From NCBI GenBank assembly GCA_963801475.1, contig CAWDEX010000001.1:2567019-2631018 (forward strand): a DNA stretch of 64,000 bases, written 5' to 3'. How positions within the stretch are numbered: position 1 is the first letter of the stretch; every line of letters starts with the position of its first letter. The notes under the pieces were generated by a model that saw only the letters and a list, made by a program, of their open reading frames with translations, searched no databases and was not told the origin of the DNA. The position numbers and the translations under genes are program-made. This DNA comes from an uncultured Acidobacteriota bacterium. Its GTDB lineage: Bacteria > Acidobacteriota > Thermoanaerobaculia > UBA5066. Of the stretch, positions 37,341 through 46,299 are shown piece by piece.

Positions 37341-38545
37341 TCGATGACGTACCCCTCGGGGATGGTCGCACTCTTGGCGGACTCGATCTTGTGCGCGAGT
37401 TCCGGGGCACTCCACGGCGGGATGCACCGGACGTTGTACTCGGAGAGAAGGTCGAACGCCTCGACGTCGTCCAGCGCGAAGCCCTTTACGAGCGCGAGCG
37501 CCACGGCGAACGTCGCAGCGTGACCCCCTTGACCCGAGATCGCTTCGGGCATCGCCTGCACGTAAGCGCGCGCCCGGTCGTACGGGGTCGCGCCTGCGGA
37601 GACGGGGCGCGGCACCCGCGGAAGTGCTGGCGTCGCCTCACACGGGGCCGCGGTCTCGGGTGTCCAATGCGCCGTCGCCGCCTTGACGATCGCGTCCGCG
37701 ATGGTGTCGGGTGTATAGGTCTGGCCGTTCCCGGCCTTGAACGTCACGAGCACCGGCTCCCCTTTCCGGTGCAGGAATCCGGGGACGCGCATCACGCGCG
37801 GCAGATCGTGAATGCCGGGATCAGAGTCGAACCAGACCGCGATGCCCTTCTGTAGCGGCTCGAATGCCTCAAGCGGAGTCTCGGGGATGAGCTTGAAGTA
37901 GAAGTGCGGGCCTCGTGCGCTCTCGACGATGAACGAGGGCGGCACCGGACTCTTAGGGATGCCGTCTCGCCGTTCGTTGTCCGCGAATACTGCACGAATC
38001 GTCTGCACGTTCTCCGCGCATCGCCCCTTCAGGTCCCCCGCGTTCACCATCACAAACACGCCCGCGCCCTTCTCGTTCAATTCCTTCAGCGCGTCGGCGT
38101 GCTGGGTGAGGGTGCCGTGAAGGATGCGGGCCAGAGACTTGCTCTTCCGCGTCTTGTCCTCGTCGAACGTCTGGAAGGTCACGACCGGGTCGGGGTCACC
38201 CGTGAGGGCCATGAGATACGCGCGCGCGTGCGATGTGTCGATATCTGGCGGACTCGTGCCGCTCGCCTCGCTCGGCTTCGGCTCGTCCGCGAACGGATCA
38301 GGCGGGAGCGTGGGGGGCGCGATCACTTCCACTTGATCCTTCCCGAAGGCGTCGAAGATCACGGCTAGCGGTTGATGCTTGCGGAAGCGTTCGGCCTCCT
38401 CGCGCGTCATCTCCTTTACGCCACCTTCGGGGACGAAATCAGTACCTTCCCGTGGCCTGCCGCTGGCGCGGAGGTCCGAGGTATCGCGGAGTGCATGCTC
38501 AAGTCGATCATCGCGCACCGCCCGCGACGACGACAAGCGGGACAT
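37318..38545 (-). CDS. RepB-family DNA primase / primase C-terminal helical domain protein. The frame meets the helicase frame at a C6/G6 run (37318-37323).
   Basis: VTFQTFDEDKTRKS...GAGVFVMVNAGDLKGRCAENV...SFIVESARGPHFYFKL...DLPRVMRVPGF is RepB-primase-like. GGHAATFAVALALVKGFALDDVEAFDLLSEYNVRCIPPWSAPELAHKIESA is PriCT-like. The start is uncertain: 38545, or ATG 38410. Confidence 0.65.
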
Positions 38546-38816
38546 CCGCTAGCGTCTCGATTCGCGCGACCTTGCGCCGCAGCCGCCGCGCCTGTCTCTT
38601 CCGTCTGATCCGCTGGCGAGCTTCCTTAATTGAGCCTTCCGCTCTCTGTCCTCTCGTGTGGCATGCATGTTGTTTTCCCTTTCCTGTTGGTGCCCCCGCT
38701 GGCGCGGGAGCGGTTGACGATCGTGGCGTTATCGGCCGACAGTCGCGAGGGCGCGCGATATGCGCCGCTGGCGGCTAGGACAGAAACGTGAGATTGGCGC
38801 GCGGTCAGGCGTCGCG

Positions 38817-39275
38817 TCAGGTCGGATAGATCGGCGGGTACGATGCCGGAGCGCGACGCGCAGGCTCGGCGGTCGAGCGATAGTAGTGAAGCTCGGCCTC
38901 CTCGATCGCCAGCGCGTCGACAAGCTCTTCCGCACGAAGGCTAACCATCTCCCGCGCGGCCGTGACTCGTTTAGTAGCCTCGTCCGCGGCCTCGCTGGCA
39001 ATTCTGAACGCTTCGTCGTCCTTGGCCTTCAGCTCCGCAGCTTCCGCGTCCGCGAGCGACTTCCGGGCGTCGTCGAGCACTTTCGCGCTCGCCGTCCAGA
39101 TCGCCTGTGCTTGTAGCAGCGCGGCGGCTGTAGAGGTCACGTCCTCGCCCGCCTGCGCGGCGTCCGAGTACCGCACCTCCGCTTGGGTGGCCGCGATCCC
39201 CGCGTCACTCAGCACGGCTCTGCGTTCTCTACAGCCTTGCGCGCTCTCGAAATGGGATCCCCACGCTCGCTCCAC
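38817..39275 (-). CDS. Hypothetical alpha-helical protein (5' limit uncertain)
   Basis: The central part AQAIWTASAKVLDDARKSLADAEAAELKAKDDEAFRIASEAADEATKRVTAAREMVSLRAEELVDALAIEEAELHYY looks like genuine coding sequence. The first ~30 codons overlap the Kelch fragment in antisense. Confidence 0.3.
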   Translation of the reverse strand: MERAWGSHFESAQGCRERRAVLSDAGIAATQAEVRYSDAAQAGEDVTSTAAALLQAQAIWTASAKVLDDARKSLADAEAAELKAKDDEAFRIASEAADEATKRVTAAREMVSLRAEELVDALAIEEAELHYYRSTAEPARRAPASYPPIYPT

Positions 39276-40464
39276 ACGGCGGTCTGGACGGGTTCGAGGA
39301 TGATCGTCTGGGGCGGGTTCGGCTTGAAAGGTTACCTGAACGATGGAGGCCAGTACGACCCGGTGACGGACACCTGGACACCGATGACGACAACAGGCGC
39401 GCCGGCGGCGCGCGAGGTGCCTACGGCAGTCTGGACGGGTTCAAGGATGATCGTCTGGGGCGGGCAGGACCACACAACCATCATGAACACGGGTGGCCTG
39501 TACGACCCGACGGCGGACACCTGGACGCCGACGACTACAACCGGCGCGCCGTCCCCACGCACGGAATACACGGCGGTCTGGGCGGGTTCGAGGATGATCG
39601 TCTGGGGGGGGTTCGACAGCACCGGAAGAGGTGTCGTCAACGATGGCGCCCAGTACGACCCGGCGACAAACACCTGGACGCCAACGGCAACAACGGGCGC
39701 ACCGTCACCACGCTTTCGCCACACGGCGGTCTGGACCGACTCGAGAATGATCGTCTGGGGCGGGGTGGGCAGCGCAAGCTACCTGAACGACGGCGGCCAG
39801 TACGACCCTGTGACGAACACCTGGACGCCGATGACGGGCGCACCGTTCAGCAGCAGCGGCAACACGGCGGTCTGGACCGGCTCGAGAATGATCTTCTGGG
39901 GTCCGGCGGTGGACGTACGCTACCCGAACGTCGGTGGCCTGTACGACCCGGTGACGGACACTTGGACATCGATGACGACATCAGGCGAGCCGGTGGCGCG
40001 CCATGCGGCATACTGCGGTCTGGGCGGGTTCGAGGATGATCGTCTGGGGCGGGTATTGCTGCTGGGCAAACTCCCTGAACGAGGGCGGACAGTACTACCC
40101 TGAGTCACCTGCGGCTGGCTGCACCGAAGACTCGCAGACCATGTGTCTCATCGGTGGCCGGTACAAGGTCACGAGCTACTGGAGAAACCAGTACGCGGGT
40201 GGAGTCATTTCCGACCTGAACAAGATGCGGCTGACGGACACGACAGGTGCCTTCTGGCTCTCCGACGCGAGCACATACGAGTACCTGATTCGGATCAATA
40301 CGGCCACGGACAACGGGCGCGCCTGGATCGCCATCCCGTCGTTCACCGATGTCGAGTTCTGGGTGACGGTGCAGGACACCGTCAACGGGCAGGCGAAGGC
40401 GTATCACAGCGAGGCGGGCAACAGGACGCTGATCTACGACCCGTACTTCTTCGTGTATCCGTAG
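39247..40464 (+). pseudogene. Six-blade Kelch-type beta-propeller + conserved ~115-aa C-terminal domain. It lacks an N-terminal signal/start region and carries a 1-nt insertion near 40002.
   Basis: There are six ~49-aa repeats of the form HTAVWTGSRMIVWGG...GGQYDPVTDTWTPMTTTGAPS.R. The frame changes at ...EPVAR|MRHTAVWAGSRMIVWGG. The C-terminal CTEDSQTMCLIGGRYKVTSYW...LIYDPYFFVYP is paralogous to 45827-46171. Confidence 0.7.
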
Positions 40465-40559
40465 AGGTGTGAGAGCGCCGACGCGGGCTTACGGAACCAG
40501 CTGCGGACGAGGTCGGCGAGCGAAGCGCGGTCCGCTGCAACGCGTGGTTGAACCGACGC

Positions 40560-40814
40560 CTACTGAAGCCTAAAGGTAAGGACAAGGCTGACGATTACGG
40601 GGTATGCCTTGCCGTCGAGAAGCGCAGGTTTGTACCGCCACGTTGAGACGTTATCAACCGCCGGAGTGCGTAGTTCAGGGTGAGTGGCCTTCAGAACCGT
40701 GACGTCCTTCAGCGTTCCGTCGCACGCAACGAGGGCGGCGATAACAACCTCACCCTGTATGCGGCGGCGGCGGACTGGCGGCCTAGTGGTTAGCGCCGAC
40801 GATCTTCTGCACAC
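40560..40814 (-). pseudogene. TonB C-terminal domain fragment
   Basis: RIQGEVVIAALVACDGTLKDVTVLKATHPELRTPAVDNVSTWRYKPALLDGKAYPVIVSLVLTFRL matches the TonB_C pattern. No Pro-rich or TM N-terminal part is present upstream. Confidence 0.5.
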
Positions 40815-41122
40815 CGCAGTGCAGCCACGTCGGCTTCGCGGCCGTTCACATCAGAGAGCGACGAGTCACGCGACGCCTTTAGCTCGTTCTTGCGGATGAG
40901 CTTCGCGTAATTCTGCAGGCACTGACGAAGGAGAAGCGACGCGAGTGCGAGCTGGAGCGCTCTCTCGTTCGGCCGTCTAACGATACCGCGTCAAGCAGCG
41001 AGCGCAACTCGCGCCTACTCGAAGGGTCCGCGCGGCAGCTGGTCCGCGTCGTCCGGGGAGGAGTTCGCAGGGAGTTCGCAGGTGACGCGTCGCATCGCAT
41101 CGCGCGCGACGTTCTCGCATGG

Positions 41123-41173
41123 TACCCCGCCATCCGCGCCTCGCGCCTGACGCCGATGGAGGCGATGCGGTAG
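41123..41173. repeat. 51-bp direct repeat, right copy (attR-like)
   Basis: Identical to 34564-34614. It is not attached to any permease coding sequence here. Confidence 0.85.
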
Positions 41174-41182
41174 CTCCGTCCG

Positions 41183-43186
41183 TCAGGGCTTGATCCCGAC
41201 GGAACGGAGGAGCGCCGCGGGGTCGAAGACGACCCCGTCCTTCACAACGAGCGACACCTTTCGCACGTCCGAGATCCGCTCCGTGGGTTTCCCGTCGACG
41301 AGGATCAGGTCCGCCCGCTTTCCCGGGGCGATCGTCCCGAGGTCGTCCGCGCGGTGCGCCACGCTCGCCGCCCCGAGCGTCGCGAGCTGGAGCACCTCGG
41401 CGGGCGGAAGGCCCGCCCGGACGTACAGCTCCAGCTCGCGCGGGAGCGTGAACCCCGCGAAGCCGTCCGTCCCCGCCACGATCCGGACGCCCGCGTCGTG
41501 AAGAACGCGGATCATCCGGAGCAGCGCATCGAACGAGGCGCGGTAGCGCGCGTCGTTCCCCTCGGGAACCGGGAGCCCTCCGGCGAGGAGGCCGCGCCGC
41601 GACTGGGGCGGCAACCGGTCCGCGACCGCCGCCCAGGCCTCGGGGACGACACCGCGGCGGGCGAGGAAGAGCTCTTCGAAGGTGCCCGCCGTCGGGTCGA
41701 CCGCGACGCCCCGCACCTGAAGCAGCCGGACGAACTCGCGGACCGCCGGCGAGCCGAGGTCCATGGAGGCCGCATTCTCCGCGACGGCGACGAAGCGCGC
41801 GGGCGTCCGGGTGTCCTGGACCTTGTCGAAAAGGAAATTCAGGAAGAGGAAGTTCGCGTGGTGGATCTCGTCGTACCCCGCGCGGACGGCCTCGTCCGCC
41901 GTCATGAACGCCGGCACGTGGCCGCTCGCCCGGAGCCCCTTCGCGTGCGCCGCGCGGACGAGCGCCGGGACCAGCTCCGGCTTGATCGAGCTGTAGATCT
42001 TCAGCCCCGTGCAGCCCGCCTTGACGCAGGCGTCGATGGCCGCGCGCCCCTCCTCCTCGGTCGCGACGAGGAACTTCGTCGGCCCTGCGAACGGCCCCGG
42101 CCCGTCGATGAGAACCGACGTCAGGATCCGCGGGCCGAGGGCGGCCCCCGACTCGAACCGGTCCCGGCGGTCGGTCACCTGGGGGAGGTCGTTACCGAGA
42201 TCGCGGACGCTCGTGACGCCCGAGGCAAGGTAGAGGATCCCGTCCACGTCGCTCCCGACGTGAACGTGCATGTCCCAGAGACCGGGCAGGAGCGTCTTCC
42301 CATTCCCGTCGACGATCTCCGCCCCCTCGGGAGGGACGACCGATCCGTCCGGACCGACGGCCGTGATCCGGCCTCCCGAGACGACGACCGTGGTCCCGGG
42401 CCGGATCGCCGCCGCGTCGGCGTCGAAGAGGTCCACCCCGCGAAAGACGAGCGGGCCCTTCGGCCTGCGGGCCAGTTCGCGGGCCCGCCTTCCGCTTTCC
42501 TCCGCCTCGTCGGCCTCCAGCGACGCGAGGAGCGCCGGGGCGGCGACCTCCCATCCTTCGCGGATGGTCATCAGCCAGAAGGCACCCGTCGCGAACAGGT
42601 CTCCGTTCTCGTCCAGAAAGACGCGCACCGGCTCGAGGCCCAGCCCGGCAATGTCGAAGCGCGTCACGCTTCCCGTCCGACTCTCCGCCTTGACGTCGAG
42701 CCGCGTCGACCCGACGAGGCGCGCCTCCCCGGCCGGGAGAAGCGGCAGCGCGTTTCCCTTCGCGGCCCGAAGCGCCCGGACGAGAATCCCCGCCATCTCC
42801 GGGACGTCCTCGAAGGGGAGGTAGAGCGTCGGCGCCGTGACGCGCCGCTTGCCCGACTCGACGGTGCTGTTCCAGCTCGCGGTCCCCTTTTCGAGCGTGA
42901 AACGCTCGTCCACATGGTCCTTGAAATAGTTGTTTCCGGTGATCGCGGTCCGCACGGGAATCCCGTCTCTCCCGGCCGTGAACACCGCCTCCAGCTTCGG
43001 CCCGCGTCCACGGTCGTCGTACGAGAACGAGCATCGAGTCTCCGCTCCCGACGTCGTGCACGTTTCGGTTCCCGCCTTCTGTCCCATCAGGAGGACTGTG
43101 TATCGGCGCTCCCCGGGACCCGCGGCGTGCACGGCCGGGAGCGAAAGGAGCAGGGCGAGAACTCCGGCGAAGCTGCGTGTCGACAT
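41183..43186 (-). CDS. Secreted amidohydrolase-family metallohydrolase with a ~270-aa N-terminal extra domain
   Basis: Signal peptide MSTRSFAGVLALLLSLPAVHAAG. GKTLLPGLWDMHVHVG is the HxH metal motif. KGLRASGHVPA, YDEIHHANF and IVAGTDG are typical amidohydrolase_1 motifs. Confidence 0.85.
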   Translation of the reverse strand: MSTRSFAGVLALLLSLPAVHAAGPGERRYTVLLMGQKAGTETCTTSGAETRCSFSYDDRGRGPKLEAVFTAGRDGIPVRTAITGNNYFKDHVDERFTLEKGTASWNSTVESGKRRVTAPTLYLPFEDVPEMAGILVRALRAAKGNALPLLPAGEARLVGSTRLDVKAESRTGSVTRFDIAGLGLEPVRVFLDENGDLFATGAFWLMTIREGWEVAAPALLASLEADEAEESGRRARELARRPKGPLVFRGVDLFDADAAAIRPGTTVVVSGGRITAVGPDGSVVPPEGAEIVDGNGKTLLPGLWDMHVHVGSDVDGILYLASGVTSVRDLGNDLPQVTDRRDRFESGAALGPRILTSVLIDGPGPFAGPTKFLVATEEEGRAAIDACVKAGCTGLKIYSSIKPELVPALVRAAHAKGLRASGHVPAFMTADEAVRAGYDEIHHANFLFLNFLFDKVQDTRTPARFVAVAENAASMDLGSPAVREFVRLLQVRGVAVDPTAGTFEELFLARRGVVPEAWAAVADRLPPQSRRGLLAGGLPVPEGNDARYRASFDALLRMIRVLHDAGVRIVAGTDGFAGFTLPRELELYVRAGLPPAEVLQLATLGAASVAHRADDLGTIAPGKRADLILVDGKPTERISDVRKVSLVVKDGVVFDPAALLRSVGIKP

Positions 43187-43251
43187 GGGGAAACCTCCGG
43201 GCGGAAGGAATTCTCCCGCACTCGACGGGACGTCCGGTCTACGATGACGGC

Positions 43252-44259
43252 GTGATACGGAATCGCCCGACTTCGCCCGGTGTCCGGCGCGCCACGCCGG
43301 CGGCGCTCCGGGCCGCGGCCACGCGGCTCCGGCGCGGCGGCATCGTGGCCTTCCCGACCGAGACCGTCTACGGCCTCGGGGCCAATGCCCTCGACGAAGA
43401 GGCGGTCGAAAAGGTCTTTTCGGCGAAGGGGCGGCCGGCCGACAACCCTGTGATCGTCCACGTGTCGGATCTCCGGATGCTTCGACGCATCGCGTCGAAG
43501 GTGCCGGCGAAAGCCCGTCCGCTCATCCGGCGCTTCTGGCCCGGGCCCCTGACGATCGTCGTTCCGAAACGGTCGATCGTCCCCGATGCCGTCACCGCCG
43601 GCCTTCCGACCGTCGCCGTCCGGATGCCGGAAGGAATCGCGCGCGACCTCGTCCGCCTCGCGGGCGTCCCGATCGCCGCGCCGAGCGCGAACCTCTCGGG
43701 TCGTCCCAGCCCGACGACGGCCGCGCACGTGGTCGAGGACTTCCCCGGCTTCTTCGTCCTCGACGGCGGCCCGACGACGCACGGCCTCGAGTCGACCGTC
43801 GTCGCCTTCGACCCGCCGCGGATCCTCCGGCAAGGGGCCGTCCCCGAGGAGGAGCTGAAGGGCTTCCTGGGAAAGAGGCCCCGGCCTGCGGCCCGGGGAC
43901 GCCTCCGGCGCTCCGAGCCGAGCTTCGGGGTAGAGCCGGTCGAGAGCCCGGGAACGAAGTACCGGCACTACGCCCCGCTCCGCCCGCTCATCCTCTTTCG
44001 CCGGAAGGCCGCCCTTCTCGCCTACGCCGGGTCGCACCCCGACGCGCTCGTCCTCTGCCCCGCCTGGCTCGCGCCGTTCTTCGCAGCTTGGCGTGTCGTC
44101 CCGCTCGGCGACACGATCGAGGAGATCGGCCGCAACCTCTTCGCGGCGCTCCGGACGCCTCAGAAGGGGCGCGAGCTGCTCGTCCTCGCCGTCCCGCGCC
44201 GCGGCCTCGGCCGCGCGGTGATGGACCGCCTCGAGCGCGCGGCGACGCGGATCGTCTGA
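43252..44259 (+). CDS. L-threonylcarbamoyladenylate synthase (Sua5/YwlC type: YrdC domain + Sua5 C-terminal domain)
   Basis: GGIVAFPTETVYGLGANALDEEAVEKVFSAKGRPADNPVIVHV...RRFWPGPLTIVV...VAVRMP...APSANLSGRPSPT. The GTG at 43252 was chosen as the first in-frame start after the convergent gene. Confidence 0.85.
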   Translation: MIRNRPTSPGVRRATPAALRAAATRLRRGGIVAFPTETVYGLGANALDEEAVEKVFSAKGRPADNPVIVHVSDLRMLRRIASKVPAKARPLIRRFWPGPLTIVVPKRSIVPDAVTAGLPTVAVRMPEGIARDLVRLAGVPIAAPSANLSGRPSPTTAAHVVEDFPGFFVLDGGPTTHGLESTVVAFDPPRILRQGAVPEEELKGFLGKRPRPAARGRLRRSEPSFGVEPVESPGTKYRHYAPLRPLILFRRKAALLAYAGSHPDALVLCPAWLAPFFAAWRVVPLGDTIEEIGRNLFAALRTPQKGRELLVLAVPRRGLGRAVMDRLERAATRIV

Positions 44260-44275
44260 GGTACGGAACCGGCCC

Positions 44276-45157
44276 GTGAGGAGCTGCCCCTGCCCGGAGG
44301 ACGGCTTCCTCCACCGCGAGATCGAGGCGAACGGCGTCCTGTTCCACGTCGTCGAGGCCGGACGCGGCCCGCTCGTCCTCCTCCTTCACGGCTTCCCCGA
44401 GTTCTGGTACGCGTGGCGGCACCAGCTCCCGTCCCTCGCCGCGGCAGGATTCCGCGCGGTCGCTCCCGACCTCCGGGGGTACAACCTCTCCGGTAAGCCG
44501 CGGGGGATCGCGAGCTACGCCGTCGCGACGCTCGCCGCCGACGTGGCGGCGCTCGTGACGGGCCTCGGCGAGGAGCGCGCCTTCGTGGCCGGGCACGACT
44601 GGGGCGGCGCCCTCGCCTGGAGTCTTCCGGGCCTCCAGCCCGGCCTCGTCCGGAAGCTCGCGATCCTGAACGCTCCGCACCCCGCGGCCTTCCGGCGCGA
44701 GCTGAAGGGCTCCGCCGAGCAGAGGAAGAAGTCGAGCTACATCCTCTTCTTCCAGCTTCCGTGGCTCCCGGAGCGGGCCCTCCGGAAGGACGGCTTCGCG
44801 TATCTCGCCAGGATGCTGCGGCGCGACCCGGTCCGCCCGGGCGCCTTCTCCGAGGACGACATCGCCCGGTACCGGGAGGCCCTCGCGCGGCCCGGCGCGC
44901 TCTCGGCCGCGCTCAACTGGTACCGCGCCGCCCTCCGGCACCCGCCGCGCGTCCCTCGAGAGCGCCGGAAGATCGACGTGCCGACTCTCGTCGTCTGGGG
45001 CGAGAAGGACCGCTACCTGGGGACGAAGCTCGCCGAGGGGCTCGAGCGCTGGGTCCCGGACCTCTCCGTCGAGCGGATTCCCGAAGCCAGCCACTGGGTG
45101 CAGACCGACGCGCCCGAGCGCGTGAACGAGCTCCTGGTCCGCTTCTTCCGCGCCTGA
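44276..45157 (+). CDS. Alpha/beta hydrolase (epoxide-hydrolase-like)
   Basis: GPLVLLLHGFPEFWYAWRHQLPSLAAAGFRAVAPDLRGYNLS...FVAGHDWGGALAW carries the HGFP oxyanion motif and the GHDWG nucleophile elbow. The C-terminus has ASHWVQTDAPERVN. Confidence 0.85.
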   Translation: MRSCPCPEDGFLHREIEANGVLFHVVEAGRGPLVLLLHGFPEFWYAWRHQLPSLAAAGFRAVAPDLRGYNLSGKPRGIASYAVATLAADVAALVTGLGEERAFVAGHDWGGALAWSLPGLQPGLVRKLAILNAPHPAAFRRELKGSAEQRKKSSYILFFQLPWLPERALRKDGFAYLARMLRRDPVRPGAFSEDDIARYREALARPGALSAALNWYRAALRHPPRVPRERRKIDVPTLVVWGEKDRYLGTKLAEGLERWVPDLSVERIPEASHWVQTDAPERVNELLVRFFRA

Positions 45158-45292
45158 GACCGACCCGGGCCGGCACTCGTCTTGCGTCCCGGTCTCAACG
45201 GCGCTGAAACGGCGCAGTAATCAACCATTTCAAACATTCCGGCGCGCCGGGAAGGCGCCTTCTCACGAGACAGACCGGATACGGAGGTTCCC

Positions 45293-46171
45293 ATGACGTC
45301 ATTCAAGCCTTTCGTCGGCGCGGTCGTTCTCGTCGGAAGTCTCACCGGACTTCCGGCCCAGGCCCAATATGGCGGCGGGAGCGGGACCGAGATGATGAAC
45401 CCGCCTTACGGTTCGCTCTACAACCCGCAGTGCATGATGTGCCTGTCGGGCTCGGCGTCGACCCAGTGGATGGGGACCACCGGATCCTTCCACGTCGGCG
45501 ACATCATGAGCAGACAGACCATGATGTCCGGGATGATGGACCTCAGGCTCGTCCTGACTCCGACGATGCCTGTCTGGGGGCAGCCGTTCTCCTACCAGAA
45601 TTTCTCGGACGCCATGACCTTCAATCCGATGGCACCCGGCGCTCAGTTCCCCGTCGATTCCGGCACCATCAACATGTATGGCAGCACCATGCCGGCCGGC
45701 ACGTACTACATGCTGCTCTACATGAGGCAGCAGATGGGCCCCATGATGACCGCCGCCGACTGGATCGTCTTCCCGAAGCAGGTGAGCTGCGATGGCTACG
45801 GATGTTCTGCGCTCGCGGTTGAAACCTGCACCGAGAATGCCAACACCATGTGCCTGGTCGGTGGCCGGTACCGGATCACGAGCTACTGGAAGAACCAGTA
45901 CGCGGGCGGGACGATCTCCCAGCTCTTCAAGACGACCCTGACGGGAGCGACGGGCGCCTTCTGGCTGTCGGACAGCAGCACGTACGAGTACCTGATCCGG
46001 ATCAACACGGCGACGGACAACGGCCGAGCCTGGATCTCCATCCCGACGTTCACGGACGTGGAGTTCTTCGTCCTGGTGGAGGATCTCGTCGGTGGGCAGG
46101 CCAACCTCTATCACAACCCGCCGGGCGGTCGCGAGCTGATCTACGACCCGACCACGTTCGTCTATCCGTGA
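45293..46171 (+). CDS. Secreted Met-rich protein with the same ~115-aa C-terminal domain as the island Kelch protein
   Basis: GGAGG lies 7 nt upstream. Signal peptide MTSFKPFVGAVVLVGSLTGLPAQAQ. The N-terminal half has many Met residues (MMNPPYG, CMMC, MSRQTMMSGMMD, MRQQMGPMM). The C-terminal part reads CTENANTMCLVGGRYRITSYW...LIYDPTTFVYP. Confidence 0.7.
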   Translation: MTSFKPFVGAVVLVGSLTGLPAQAQYGGGSGTEMMNPPYGSLYNPQCMMCLSGSASTQWMGTTGSFHVGDIMSRQTMMSGMMDLRLVLTPTMPVWGQPFSYQNFSDAMTFNPMAPGAQFPVDSGTINMYGSTMPAGTYYMLLYMRQQMGPMMTAADWIVFPKQVSCDGYGCSALAVETCTENANTMCLVGGRYRITSYWKNQYAGGTISQLFKTTLTGATGAFWLSDSSTYEYLIRINTATDNGRAWISIPTFTDVEFFVLVEDLVGGQANLYHNPPGGRELIYDPTTFVYP

Positions 46172-46299
46172 TCGATCTGGACCAGTGAAGGTCTCGCTCG
46201 TCGGCGAGGTCCTCGGGGCAGAGACCACCTGGTTGAACGTTTACCGCGAACGCGCCGGCGCCGTCTTCGGCGGTCGCGGCGTGCGTGGGCGAGTCGACG

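Larger units (their letters stand above)
34564..41173. mobile_element. Integrative element / genomic islet of about 6.6 kb, inserted in the 3' end of the permease gene (integrase, primase-helicase, recombinase stub, fragmentary cargo)
   Basis: It has perfect 51-bp flanking direct repeats. A tyrosine integrase sits directly inside attL. Replication-type genes are present. GC is visibly lower in the intergenic parts, for example 35680-36060. Confidence 0.7.

Noticed and set aside
34564-41173. tRNA/tmRNA gene as the island integration target, and tRNA or rRNA genes elsewhere
   Set aside because: No cloverleaf-compatible sequence or T-loop motif (GGTTCGAATCC-like) was found near either att copy or elsewhere by eye. 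The duplicated segment is clearly the permease 3' coding end. A tRNAscan or Infernal run would be needed to be definitive.
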